A DNA stretch of 64,000 nucleotides from Utricularia gibba (GCA_002189035.1 CM007990.1:5828001-5892000), one strand, 5' to 3'; counted from the first letter of the stretch, positions 15,001 to 28,048 are shown. Notes: a model not told the origin generated them from the sequence alone. Numbers and translations: made by a program.

Positions 15001-17478
15001 AGCCGTGTCTCTGCTGATCTTATCAGTTCGCCAAAATGTTTTCGGATTTTGATTGTTCCGAGTTGCAAAATGAGAAGTGGCAGCAAGCTCTCCTTTGGGT
15101 ATTGTTCTAGCTGGAACATCACCATACGGGGAGGAAACACCACGATGAATCCCACCATCAACCACTCCACCACTACCAGGGCTGTTTTCATTTGTTTTTT
15201 TCCTACTTGACTCATTATTAGAGTTTTGAGAACCCCTAACATCTAACGTAGGCAAACTTGTTCTCGCTGAATCAGCCCCTGCTGCATCAGGTCTCTGGCC
15301 ACTTCCATGCCTCTCCCACGTATTCATGAAAAACTGATTAACCTCAAATACTACATTTTCCTTGGGACAATCAAGCAACCTAGCCAGTCTTTTAGCTCCA
15401 AAAGCAAAAGCACTTCGAATCCGATAGAAATTACCTGTGAAGGAGAAAATGTGGAGCCAAGAAAAAAATAAAATAAAATCTTAAATTTGTACTAGAATAA
15501 TATGTGGGCATGGTAATACACATACATGAAAGCATATATCAACGAAGCAGGTAATGAGAAACAGGTACTGCACAGTATGTGAATGGTAAGGTTGTAAGAA
15601 ACAAAATATGTAAAAAGTATTTTGCAAGCAACACTTACCCTTGCTCACACTGCGTCCTAGGTTGTTGTTCACACGTAAAGGATCAATCACATTAAAATGC
15701 TTTGAAACAAAATTCTGTCCATTATTTTCTTGACCAGCAGGGAAAACAGCGTATGCAGAGCTACACGCATCAAGGAATGACTTGCTAAATAGCAACTCTC
15801 CACTATCCTTCCGAGGATGTTCAGCTGCAAAACGTAGTAGAGATGACATGACAATCAAACCAAGATCTCCCACAAAATGGAAGGTGAGATACCCTTTCAT
15901 ACAGCACCTGTCATATCAGGTAATGAGCTGATGGGTACAGGGCCCCAAAGGCTCACACAAAAGTGATCCCAGTCAAAGTTGCTGAAGAACTCCAGAAAGC
16001 GATAAAGAACCTGTAAGCATGCATAAATCATATAAACGCCATCCTTCCGTTGATAAAACACCCCATACCCCTTTCCTTAAAAATGTAAACCATATTTATC
16101 ACCTCAAGAGGTCCCTGAAGTGAGTTATTGAACACATGAAAGATGTAAAGGACTAAGGTCTCCAGGGCGTAGGTAGATATAAGCCCATGAGTAGCACCCA
16201 ATATACGGCTTTCATAGTAGCACCATGCCTTAATTAATATAATGCTGCGCTTAAAGAGGTGATTCTGGCCTATTAGATGGTCAACCTGAAAGACAGAACG
16301 TTTCAAGTCTTGTGAGATTATACATGATAGTTCTTGGAGTACAGTCTCCTTCATCAAGAGAATATGGGCAATCACCTCATCAAGGAAGCAGAGCGTACAT
16401 AATCCACCAACTTGATTAAAGGATATGTCAACCACAATATTTTCCACCAAACACTTAATTATTTTCACCTGGGACGTATAAAAAAAGATATGATTACGCA
16501 GTTACAAGCTACTAGTGACTCAAAATCCATGTCGCAGATCATTTTTGAATAATTTAAAGATACAAAGATAGCAGAGGTGTAGAATAGCAGATACTTCAAT
16601 TCGACTAAGAATGGCGACTGAACTCATAGACTGAACATGTGAGGTATCGGAAGAGGAAAATATCACTTGATGAAAAATGAAAACAGATAATAGAAGCATA
16701 CTTCTGCTTGTATATATTGAACTTCCTTAACATGGAATTCGGCATTTTCGTTCTTTTCCTCACTTTCTAGCATGTCCCGAACCTGATTGGCCCAGGTATC
16801 CTTTAGGTTCTGATCATGACTGAAAGCAGTCAAATCAATATCACCATCGGGTAGATAGGTTTTCAACGGTACAGAGCCAAAGGTGCAGACCTGCATCAAG
16901 ATACAGAAGGTGACTTCTCTTCTACAGTTACAGAAAAAGTATATGCAATTAAAATAGAGCACAATTCAGAAGTAATCAGGGATAGCAGGCTTTCCGGAGT
17001 CCTCTAAGACTACGAGAGAGACATCACCATACACAAAAACAAAAATACTCCTGTGCATCATCAAAACCACATCAACAAGTTAAGATCCACATTATAAACA
17101 AATCATCAATATCCTCATTTTCATCTAATGTCATAGACCAGCCGAACATTCCAGCAGAAGAAATGTTTATGCAGTGGAGTTACATTTACTCAAGGAACAG
17201 ATTATCAAAAAGTATTTCACAAGAAGTACATCAAAATATAGATCCAACACCTGGCATGGAAAACACTTCATAATAAGTTGCTGCACATAATCAGCTACAG
17301 CATTCCTTCTCTCCTCAGACTGCGGATTAGGTTGTATACAGGAAATGAGCTCCTTGGTTCTCTCCTCTGCTCTCGACCATCTTTCTGCATCGAGAGCCTG
17401 AACTACTGGCCCTTCCCCTGGCAGTAGTCCATTTAGAAACTGCCCAAATGGCTCAGACCATCCTTCATGCTCTCCCAT
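12091..17478 (-). CDS. Non-canonical nucleotidyltransferase with PAP/OAS1 substrate-binding domain (At3g61690-like), multi-exon; apparent 1-nt deletion at ~13204; exact 3' end uncertain
   Basis: MGEHEGW start, FGSVPLKTYLPDGDIDL (GS-X10-DXD), IKAWCYYESRILGA, ISTYALETLVLYIF, FYPTGPPIPF, ILNSDFASHWQNLQFGRFCQN, GTGTYLPNP. Confidence 0.9.
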
Positions 17479-19264
17479 AAACGAGTACTTTTTCCTTCCC
17501 GCCAATTAACACTGAAGATGTCCTAATTTTCCTAACAGAACCAAAGAAAAACTACGTACAGAGCACCGCAAAATGAGACGTCCGTGGCAGGAAAACAAGA
17601 AACGCTTTTTCTACAACACAAGAGGTAATGTGTACCTACGAACACTATTGCAGAGAAGGGCACAGGAAAGGACCCAACTTTCACAGGGAAAAAACTCGCC
17701 CAAATATGACAATATTAGTTCCAATCAAAAATACAAAAAAGAGGCCACTATTACCCAGGAATCCAAATACCCGAGGCTAAGAAAAGCCCAAGACATCAGG
17801 GCAAAAACCTAATAGTTCAGGAAGTAATCTTAGCAAAAACCTAAGGGCAAAATGCGTGAGGAATTCCAGAAAAAGATTGACGCAACGTCAATCGCAGCCA
17901 AAACGCGACAACCCCGGCTCCTTTCTCCCCCAGGCGAAAAAATTGCACAACGACGAACGCAGGATATCGTCAAATTACACCACAAGAAATAGCGAAATGG
18001 AGGGAGGGGTCTGCTCTTCCCTTTCACTAAAATTTTCTTATCCAAATGACGAAGCAGGGAAAAAGAAACGAAGTCCTTGAATTGGATGAGCGCCTGCAGT
18101 GTGTGCCCAGAAATAGGGATTTCAGGGAGAAAACTCAGCTTTGAAACTGGCTTGACGATGTCAGGAATCCGATTTCATTGAGATTTTGATTTTTAAGGAA
18201 GCGAGTTTTTTTGTTTTCGCTGTTTAATGGGGTGGGCGTTCCGCAAATGGGGAATATGAGATAGTTTTGGGGGTGTAAACATGAGGCCAAAAACTAAATA
18301 TTCCTTTTTGCAGGGACTACTTTCACACCACCTTTGCTTTTCATTTCATATGTCAATTGTCAGCGACGGGATCCCCCACCCCATACTTTATAAAATATTC
18401 ATCAAAATACAAAACCAAGCGCTACTGTCTCTCTTTTTCCATTTAATATTTTATTATGAAATATTCCCTTGGTATGTATGCGCAAAAAAAGAAAAAAAAG
18501 ATAACAATTCAACTTTCTATCATTAGACTTTATATTCCATAAACATTCTTTATTTTCATTTTTTTCATTATCAAAATGAAAAATTAATATTTAGAATAAA
18601 AATGCAAATTTTCATTTTTTTTCAAATTCCCTTCCATTTATATATTATTATAAATTAATTTATCATTTTATAATTTCTTTTTAATTACTTTTGAGGGTAA
18701 AATAGTAAATGGGTTGTTCTGTGAATAAGACAAGGCTCAAAGCCCATTTTGCAACTAGCCCACTATGAATGGGCTGGGCTGGGCTGCTGGCTTCTGAATT
18801 TTAGCCATTTTGAGTGCAGGTTTACACGTCAGCGTGGATTATGAATACTATTTTTTTAATTGGAAAGATTATTAATAAATAAATAAATAACAAAGGGAAG
18901 CATGTTATCCAATTAGGGCTGGGACCAAGTCACAGCTGGGCTCTCCCCATTTTTTAATAATGGGTACCAAATATGAGTTACTATTAATACTCTCCTTGAC
19001 TTTTTGGCACACTTCCCAGTCCTTGTACTCTTACATAATTGCAAAAAGACCCCCCAAAAAAAGATGACTATTGAAAGGTTGGACTGAGCCATGGTTATTT
19101 TTGCTGTTGCTGTCAAGGAGTTGTGAATATTGGAAACTCCGACACCCTTTTGGCAAATAGCAAGTCAAACTAAAAATGATGGCGAGCAGAGGGGGTCTGA
19201 TGGACACATAAATAGCCTCTATTGCTGAAAGGGTGAAACCAGCTTCGTTTTCCCAACTGTGGAG

Positions 19265-19829
19265 ATGGGGGAGGAAGAAGAAACTGACGCCCAAATCTCA
19301 CTCACTCGAAGTTTCTCAACTCTGCCGCCTACGGCCGCCGTCACATCCTCGGACATGCCGCCGCTGAGAACCTTGGTGTCGGTGCCTTTCAGGTGGGAGG
19401 AACAGCCGGGAAAACCCAGAGTGCACTGTGCAGATGATGTGTCGGCGGCTTCACCCGCGACGAAATACCTGGAGCTTCCGCCGTGCCGGAGAAGACCCAT
19501 GATGCCGTTTTCAGGTGGGTATTCAGAGCGTTACTCGTCTTTCCGATTATGGCCCCATGGTTCCTCGGACAGCAGCAAAAAGGAGAAACTGATGAGAAGA
19601 GGAAGCTTCTCCGGCATCCCTCCACCATTCTCACGTAAAAACTTCTGGGTAACATAAAGAAGCAAGCTCTGAACTCCGTACCTCATTCTTTGTGGTACCA
19701 AGTTGATGCCTATTGTCTATTTTGTATACTGATTTTCAGGCCACTGTGCGCAACGCAATAACCTGGGAAAGGAAGAAGAAATCAAACAAGGAAAGGATGG
19801 CAGCGGCTTCTTCTACGAAGTGTATGTAA
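19265..19829 (+). CDS. DUF688-type uncharacterised protein (exons 19265-19648 and 19740-19829; possible third exon from 20055)
   Basis: SVPFRWEEQPGKP motif followed by LELPP; GT-AG intron in phase 0. Confidence 0.72.
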
Positions 19830-19979
19830 AAACAGAAAAAATTAATCTTACTACACCAATATTCAGTCATTTCGGTTTTTAGTTTCGACTTCGTCTCAGA
19901 ACTCGCATATGAAATACAGAATTAGAAACACACCACGTATGTTACAAGTAAGACTATTACTGGTGCAATGCTGTTTCTA

Positions 19980-20319
19980 TCACCATTCTAAACAAGCATG
20001 AAGGTGTAAGTACATACTAACCGTTCTTGCAGTGCTAAATCTGCTTCTTTCAGGTCATGCAGCCGACGACCTGAAAGTAGACAGAAACCAAAAGATTTCA
20101 TAGCGTGTGATACATGTTCATTTCTTCAGTCGAGTAGTTTTTCAAAGGCTACAGTAAGTCAAATGCTAAGATCATTCCGTGGGGTTGGAGGAGCCCACCT
20201 TTCTGTCTCGAGAGAGTGCACCATCGGCCTTACCTCTGCCAAAACCACATAGACCGTTATCATATAAACACGGGCTTGCCAAAACGGCTGAACAGTGAAT
20301 TCCAAGGAAGCAAATCCAT
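19980..20319 (-). CDS. Candidate small protein gene (exons ~20319-20234 and 20071-20022 or to 19980), peptide core LYDNGLCGFGR-GRRLHDLKRSRFST
   Basis: Strong donor AG|GTAAGG at 20233 and pyrimidine-rich acceptor at 20072 join in frame; upstream TGGGCY/GGCCCA promoter motifs at 20748-20810; N-terminus needs a 1-nt correction or another start. Confidence 0.5.
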
Positions 20320-21074
20320 CAGCTCAAATTATGGTAACACAAACAAAATCAACTTTTTAAACCTCCCACAGCATATCAGTGAAACACATGCCCTAGAACA
20401 AGCAGCAATTTGTAAACAAGAAATACACACACGGATTCCGGCACTCCCGATATAACCGACAAAAACAGAGCGCAGGGACGCAAAATTTCACAAATAACAC
20501 CATCCGGATTCAAAAAAGTAAGCTTATGAAAATGCTTGAAAGAAATGACCGATCGAACCGATTTCGCACACAATCAGGCCGAGAATCGACGAAAATAAAT
20601 GAGGAGACTGCAACCCACACCGGCGATGAGAGAGACACGAAACAGCAACCACCGGCTCCTGAATAGTGGGCCTCTTTCTCTGTGTTGCTCGCTACGGCCT
20701 GCCGTGACTCGTGAGACTGAGTAACGTCCAAATGCCAAAATGAATTATGGGCTTGAAGCCCAATAAAACATTCTCCGTTCAGCCCAAAATCAACAAAACA
20801 ACAGGCCCATCTTGATTTTTTATTTACTTTTCGATTATTTCACTAATAAAAATATTCAAAAGTAATATGCATGCTTGCCACATCCCCATTTGCAACATTG
20901 GAGGCAATCCCCCTGGTGACCATGTGATTTTAAACTTTTTTTGGTTATATTTATTTTAATTATTTTTTAGTGAAAAAAGATTGACATTGATGTGTGGATC
21001 AAATGAGATATTTGTTAGTTGTATAGCTGCGACTAATAAAAAAATAAAATAAAATATAGGGCAGCCGCAAGATC

Positions 21075-22502
21075 TCATTTTAGGGTCTCCGACTCAGAAA
21101 CATCGGACGGTCCAATTTTCCGGCAGCTTTTCGCCCCTAGGAGCCCATATAGCTTGCTGAACTGATGTTTTGGTACGCAGACCTTCCAACCGATGCAGCC
21201 GCCGTCGCCGCCCTCGGCCGCCGTGGTGCCGCCAATCCGTGGCATGAATCTCCCGGCGTTCACACTGTTCGACCGTAGAGCTGAAATGACGGATCTCAGA
21301 GCTCGGCTCGGCGAGCTCCGATTCACCAACATCAATTCGCTGATCTCCGCGGGGCTCATCGTAGTGCCGCTCTGGAAAATCTCTTCAACCTGAGGAAACA
21401 GTTTGTGATCCTTGAGACTTAAATAGTTGCTGGCCAGATTCTTGAACGAGTTGAAATCGCAGAGAGGAAAGCAGATGTGAACGTCGATTCTTCCCGGACG
21501 GAGAAATACGGAGTCGATTCCATCTTTAGAGTTCATTGTGAAGATCGTAATCTTTTCGCTTTGCGAATTCAGCAAACCGTCCATGAAATTCAGAACACTG
21601 GATGTCGAAATCCATGCCCGGGATTTCGAGCTCTCGGAAAGATAAAGGTCAAAATCCTCAACCACCACCAGAGATTTGCCTGCGGTTTTCAAAAGAAGCG
21701 AGTTCAGATCAGCGTCACCAGCCACTTGCCACAAATTGAGGTTGTAGATATCGTAATTCAGCAGGTTCGCCGTCGCGGCGATGAAACTCGACTTTCCAGT
21801 ACCGGACGGGCCGTAAAGGAGATACCTCCGCTTCCAAACGCGGCCTAGGTTGCGGTAATCCTGCTCTGATTTCATAAAAACTTCCAAGTCATGCCTTATT
21901 TTGCTCTTCACTTCAGGATCAATCACAACTGTGTCGAAACTGGCTGGATGATCGAACGGTGCGGAATTCCAGTTTCCGTCAATGTTGCTGTATATCTTCA
22001 ACTGCTTCCTCCTCTCCTCGACAACTCCAGAAACCTCGAGAATGTGCTGGAGATACGGTTGCAAAATCCTGCGCTTATCCTTCTTCCTAATCTTCAACAC
22101 AAAACTCCTTGAAACGACGCCGTTTTGATGGTCTCTCTCTACCCGATTCACCCACCAAACCCGAGATCCGAGAAAATCATCTTCGATCGGCCGATCGCCG
22201 TCAAACGAAAGAAGAATATCGTTGGTTCTATTATGGGAGACGATGTTGGCGTAATCCGAATCCTCCAAAGACGGCAAAGAGTTGACGTAAAGCGAAACCC
22301 GTCGGTAAAACTTGTTCTCCTGATTGGTAGATTGGTTGAATTGGGGAACTCTGAGGTGCTGATGAAGATGCAGAGTATCGAGAAAACGGTTGCCCCATTT
22401 CTTGAGGATGAAAACCAGAGAACACCGACGGAGAAACAGCCAAAAAAGGTACGTCAAAACTGGAATTGATACCCATATGAAGAAAAAACTCAATCCCCAC
22501 AT
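21075..22502 (-). CDS. BCS1-like AAA-ATPase (At2g46620-like), single exon, 475 aa
   Basis: N-terminal TM segment, HPASFDTVVID, Walker A GPSGTGKSS, Walker B VVVEDFD, LRPGRIDVHI. Confidence 0.93.
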   Translation of the reverse strand: MWGLSFFFIWVSIPVLTYLFWLFLRRCSLVFILKKWGNRFLDTLHLHQHLRVPQFNQSTNQENKFYRRVSLYVNSLPSLEDSDYANIVSHNRTNDILLSFDGDRPIEDDFLGSRVWWVNRVERDHQNGVVSRSFVLKIRKKDKRRILQPYLQHILEVSGVVEERRKQLKIYSNIDGNWNSAPFDHPASFDTVVIDPEVKSKIRHDLEVFMKSEQDYRNLGRVWKRRYLLYGPSGTGKSSFIAATANLLNYDIYNLNLWQVAGDADLNSLLLKTAGKSLVVVEDFDLYLSESSKSRAWISTSSVLNFMDGLLNSQSEKITIFTMNSKDGIDSVFLRPGRIDVHICFPLCDFNSFKNLASNYLSLKDHKLFPQVEEIFQSGTTMSPAEISELMLVNRSSPSRALRSVISALRSNSVNAGRFMPRIGGTTAAEGGDGGCIGWKVCVPKHQFSKLYGLLGAKSCRKIGPSDVSESETLK

Positions 22503-25500
22503 CAGGGAAAATAAGTTTTCTACTACTCTGATGGGAAAAGAGGGAGTGGGACGAGGAGGTTTCTCTGAAGTTCACGAATGATATAAGCTGATCAGCTGCA
22601 GAGAGGAGAAGCTGCCTTTAATGGACCAGAGCCCTGAATCCATAAAAGGTGCTTGGCGAAGGGATTTCGATTTTGGTTTCGATTTCGTTGCCGATTTTAA
22701 CTTTGACGCTACCCTAGTTAAGATGGTAAACACGGCTAATTTTTTTTTGGTATAGATTGACTATTTTCTTGAGCGCAATAATATATGAATGCTGAATATT
22801 CTAAATTAATGCACCCTTTATTTGTTTTTATTTAGTCTCTATATCAATAATACGTTACTGTTAGTCGATGCTATGCAGGGTAAATTGGTCATATTGTTGG
22901 CCTTCTTTTTTGTCTTTTGACTGATATAGATGCAGTTTGATTGCTTTAACCTTAATTCTTTCCTATGAGGTGTATTGATTTTATCTCAATATTTTTAAGC
23001 TTTTTTAGCATCTTCTTCCATATGCTTGTTGAAGGAATGTATGACTGTAAAAGGTGGAGTTTTTGTGGGTGGCATATTTGAAATTGTGGGCATCAGCATC
23101 AATCAAGCAGTGGTTGTAAGTTGTCCTAAGATCCGAATGTTCGTGATGACAGCCCAGCCAGCAATGAACTCGGAGGGACCAGCTGCATTTAAAGTTTCCG
23201 TGTAAGAACCGTTTGCGTTTAGCCAATCATTTAACCTTAAAATTGACACATCATTTTTGATAAACAAAACCATGAATCCTTGCTTGGACCACCTTTTAAC
23301 CTGTTTTAAGGTCTTGTGTATATTTTTTAACAGGTGGGTTAACCAACTATTGACTTTGAAATGGAATTGCTACCATTCACGTCCACGAGAAGGTACTTTC
23401 TTATCAGCCGCTTCCAAGTTCTAATCATAAGCATGGCTGCCATTTTAGCCCTTCCTACATATCGCAATCTCCCACAAAAGTCTGGCTTTCTCCTTGAAAT
23501 CGCTTCCCAGTTCGTCTCACATTGCTTTTCTTTCTGGAAGCCAAGGTGTTTCAGTCTGTTGTTATTTTTTGTTGCAGTGATGGGAAAATGTGGTGGTTGG
23601 TTGCAGGAAGCGCTTGCTATCGGTGGGGAATTTGGGATTTTGGAACTTGATGTTGTTATGGATGGACTGTTTTGGTATACTTCGCATGCTGGGTATCTTG
23701 AGCGGCAATGGAGAAGAGTGAGAACTATAAATGATGAGATTGATGAACTCAAAAGGATATCGAAGCCTGCGCGCGGTTATGCCCGATGGATCACTAGTTT
23801 CTGAGCCTCTTAATCCATCTCCCATCGAAGCTAGGAATCAAAAACTCACTGAGGTACGTTTTGAGTGTTCTGTGACATTTGATAATGTACTTTCAAACAA
23901 CCTTAATAAGAGTTTGAGATGTATAGAAGGATTTTGATGTAATAAAACCTTCAGTAATGTGTTAAAGATGTCAGCACTCACTATGTAAACTGTGCTACGA
24001 AGAATCGAGTTCACAATGTAATGTGTTCCATGTCATTACCTTACTCGGAATAAGTATATCCAGATATTCCAGTTTTGGTTGTAGTTCTTTTCTTCCAAGC
24101 TCCCTGCTTCATAGACAGTCCAAGTTTCTTGTTTGTGCTTATCGCATGGTGAACTTTCATTGATATCAGGAGACGAAGGCCGATATCAGCATTTCATTGC
24201 GTGTTCTATACGCCTTGCATTTAGCGTGAGTCCGGTGGAGGACTCAATACATGGTTCAGAATCAGAAAGCTTTTTCCCTGGTCCTCGTTTTTCTAGTGGT
24301 GCAGTGCAGTTAACATGATGAAGTATATGGCATTAGGAGCAACACCCTGATGGTGCTTTCAGTAATGCCTTTTGATTCGTATACGAAACCATTTCCAAAA
24401 GATAACTCCATTGCAAAGTCCCTATGCTAAGCTAACTATTGCATCTGTGTTTGCATCTTAAAACAGTTCCTTAGGCAGCTGCGGCTGCATCGGTTCCCGC
24501 AATAGTGTAACTAAACTGCAAGGGCCCTTCAAATTCTTCTGAATGCTGTTAACCTAATCCTCTTCATTTGGCAGATCCCCACTGGGACTCATAGTGTGTT
24601 CCGAGTTCGCTAACTGGGCTTGATTCCTTTGATCTCGAATCCACTTGTCGCCAATTGTATTCATTCTGAAGGCGGTTCAGAAAATCCCCATTTCTCTCTG
24701 CAATTCTGTCAAATGCTGACGGTTCGAGTATGGGGCCAGCTTCTGCTTCATGGCAGGTCAGTCGCGTTTCTCAATGCCCTTGAGTCGAATTATTAGCGGC
24801 ATTAATGTGCGCTGGACAGCTAGACCCAACACAAGTTTCAGGTTGGACCAACTCATCGAACACAGTGCTGCTATTTCCCACTGTTCATCGACTGTGCATG
24901 CAGAAGTTCCAAGATTCCACGAAGATGTTCAGAACTTGCTGACTATTTGGAATTAATTAGGAAAAATTGATCTTTAAGCAAAACTACAGCTTTGAGTATT
25001 ACTTGGAGTAACTTGAAGTCACCGAAACAGGAGGTACAACGATCCAAATTACCATTTCCCTTGAAATTTAAATGCTCCTCCCCCATAGTCACACCTTCAG
25101 ATCCTTGTTCACTGCGCACTGACTAGTTTTCTCAGATCATTCCTGTGTCATTACCTGGATTCTCCATTAGGGTTCTTGATCCGTTGCTGCAAGTCCAAAA
25201 GCCAGAGGACGATAGGGGAGAAACAGAGACAGGTGAGATGGGAGGATGCATTTGCTTTCCGATGTTGAAGCATGGCTAATGGCAATAAATGAGATGGGGA
25301 GATGGATGGATAGATGGATAGGAGACAAGTGACAGAGAGGTATGAGAAATGGTAATTGCAGTGGAGTTGTCCCTTTTTTCCACTGTTGGTTCCTCGTTAT
25401 AACCCCATTGATAACCACACCACACACATCGGTTTCTTCCTTCCTTCTTCAATCCTCCCTTGAAAAAAGGCGGAACTTTTGGGTTCCCATTTTGACTTTC

Positions 25501-25544
25501 TTTCGTCCTCGAATTGCTCCTGTCGTTTGGTGTGTACCCGTGTC

Positions 25545-25550
25545 TATATA
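25545..25550 (+). promoter_or_regulatory. TATA box of MIR166
   Basis: TATATA about 85 nt upstream of the hairpin. Confidence 0.5.
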
Positions 25551-25629
25551 TGCGTACATGTGGGCGCGCAGTGCATTGCAGGAGAGTGCAGTGGCGCTTG
25601 AGATTTTGCCTGTTTCGGGAGCTTGTGTT

Positions 25630-25732
25630 TTACAGGGGAATGTTGTCTGGCTCGAGAGTGGCGACGCAGATCTCTGCCTCCTTCGTGCGTGCTGCGTCTG
25701 TGCCCTCGGACCAGGCTTCATTCCCCCTTAAT
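25630..25732 (+). ncRNA. MIR166: MIR166 precursor; mature miR166 at 25706-25726, star strand at 25637-25657
   Basis: Exact TCGGACCAGGCTTCATTCCCC on the 3' arm and GGAATGTTGTCTGGCTCGAG on the 5' arm, forming the canonical foldback. Confidence 0.97.
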
Positions 25733-26434
25733 CATATTGCTCCGTTTGTGCCCAAGATCTTCGGCTTCGTACAGGAATTCATGTTGAAAGAGCAAAGTTG
25801 CCACCGTCGGCTTTGGTATGGTGATTGCTGTAATGATTGTAGACCAGCTTTTGGTTTGGTTTGGTTTGCAAGAATCAACAGCTTTTTTTGCAACCTCCAA
25901 CTGCGCCTGCTGTCAGAAAATAATTTGGTGAAATCAAGAAATGAAGTCCGAGATTAGGAATGAAGCGGTAAAAAATGCCAAGTCTCGGAATAGGGCTTTT
26001 GGGCAGACTCTTTTTAAATGGGCTGCTATTAGCGCAGGGTTAAAACGGTGGGCCCCACTACGTTTGACTCACTCATTATTTTCATTTTAAATTACTATAA
26101 TTTCTAAATATAATAATCACTAAATTTTAAATTAATATATAAAACATTGCGGCAGATTGAATTACGAGTTGATTGATGTGACTGAATTAATTTCGTTTTG
26201 TTAAAAATAAAAACATTTATTTGAAATATATTCCAATCATCTCAAATCATTAGTGGAAAGAATATTAGTTTTTTTTTGTACATTTAAAAGAATTGAAGCA
26301 TGCTAATCCAAAGGGAATCCACCTGTCTCCACGACAGTTCTCTGAAGTCCCCTATGTGTTCTTATTCCTCGCCACGATTCTTCCTTCACTCACAAAAGAT
26401 AAACGCACACACAGAGACACACAGTATTCTGTCA

Positions 26435-27078
26435 ATGGCGGAAGACGGCGAGGGCAAAGCGGGCTTATCGCAGGAAAAGGAATCCCCGCCACGACGGCGT
26501 GGTGTCGGACGACGAACACTCGTAGCCGCGATCATACTCGGGGTGCTGATTCTCGCCGGAATCATCCTTCTCACACTCTGGTTAGTTTACGACCCCGGAA
26601 ACCCCAATTCCGAGTCGTGAACGTCGCCGTTTTCGACATCAACACTACTTCCAATCCCTTCATCTCCACCGCCATGCAGTTCACCGTGGTGACCAGAAAC
26701 CCAAGCAGAAGAACATCCATCCACTATAACCATCTCTCGGCTGTAGTCCTATACATGAACCAGGCGATCACGCCTCCCATGATGCTGCCGCCGCTGGTCC
26801 ACGAGGCGAAGACCGCGGTGGCCATGGCGCCGGTGCTGGGAGGGTCTCCGGTGGCGGTCGCGCCGGAAGTGGCGTACTCTTTGGAGGCGGACGAGGCCTA
26901 CGGGGCGGTGAGTTTAAGGATGGTGATCAGGGGGAGGGTGAAGTTCAAGGGCGGAGGAATATGGAGCGGCGGCTACGGAATGTATGTGAGGTGCGATGTC
27001 GCGGTGGTGGTAATGAAGACGGAGTTTACCGGTGAGGGCGGTTTAATTTCTTCTCCGCCGTGTGCAGTTGATCTTTGA
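26435..27078 (+). CDS. NDR1/HIN1-like (LEA_2) protein, intronless; apparent 1-nt deletion at ~26590
   Basis: TM helix (VAAIILGVLILAGIILLTLWLVY) continues after a frameshift as RPRKPQFRV..TRNPS..IHYNHL..GRVKFK..VRCDV..CAVDL*. Confidence 0.87.
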
Positions 27079-27735
27079 GAAGTATCACCATTATCATTGA
27101 ACCGGAGTTTATTCTAAGCTAGCTCAAAAAAACCGTCATTAAACCGGAGTTTATTTTCCGGAATAAAGCACAATAATGCTACTAGAAAAAGGGGTTTATT
27201 ATGCTGCAATTCTGTAAATTGGCAAATATTCTGTCACATGTGAAGGAATAAAGGAGGGGTTGAAATGGAAAAAGAGGAAACTATTGGGGGGGGGAAATCA
27301 TATCATGCAAAGTTAAAGGGGGAAATCTGAACAACTGTAAAGAATCTGATCAGGGCAGGGAAAGACTCCAGGCTCCATGATCTTCAATCCGAGAATGTAG
27401 TATGGTCAATTGCGTTTGTTTTCCGTGGATTCGGATGGGAAACTGAGGTCAGGTGATTTTCTGATATGTGACGGTGTTTTCTGGTGTGCGAATTTTGAAA
27501 TTTTTGCATGTGAACTGCAACGATGAAAAATGAGCGACTTCGAAGCAGAAGGTGGTGAAATGCGGATCTTTCAATCGTTTTTTTTTCCAAGAAAATAGAG
27601 GATTTGACTTTGGGGTGCGTGTAGTGAAACGGAAAGCAAATATCTGAGACGAAGAGGAGTTCAGTGTGGAGGAAAGAATAATTACTTTCATTCGTTGGTT
27701 CTGGGTTTTTGTTTTTGTTTCACTGTGCATTTCAT

Positions 27736-27963
27736 TGCTTGTTGCAGGTGATCTTCTGAGTTGAAGACTTTGAGGTAGTAGTAGTTAAGCTGCTCTAAGA
27801 CAAAGAAGCAACCATTGATAGTAGCCCTATGGGTTTTCTGGTGTTATGTTTTGTTAGACCCTACGCTATGTTGCTTGTTGCAGGTGGTTTTCTGAGTCAA
27901 ATACTTTGAGGCAGCAGTAGTTAAGCTGATACAAGACAAAGAATCAACCATTGGTAGTAAGCC
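27736..27963 (+). repeat. Imperfect tandem duplication (~92 bp units, 136 bp period) upstream of RDM1; each unit starts with a TTGCAG acceptor
   Basis: Units 27736-27828 and 27872-27963 are roughly 80% identical by eye. Confidence 0.85.
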
Positions 27964-28048
27964 ACATCTGAGTTGTTCTACCTGCATTCCATGTTGCTGA
28001 TGTTTGGCATCTAATCCTGGATCCCAGGATACAACTCTATGCCTGTTC

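Noticed and set aside
25342-25957. ORFs spanning MIR166 as candidate miPEPs
   Set aside because: Their ATGs lie at or upstream of the TATA box, and no ATG occurs between the likely TSS and the hairpin
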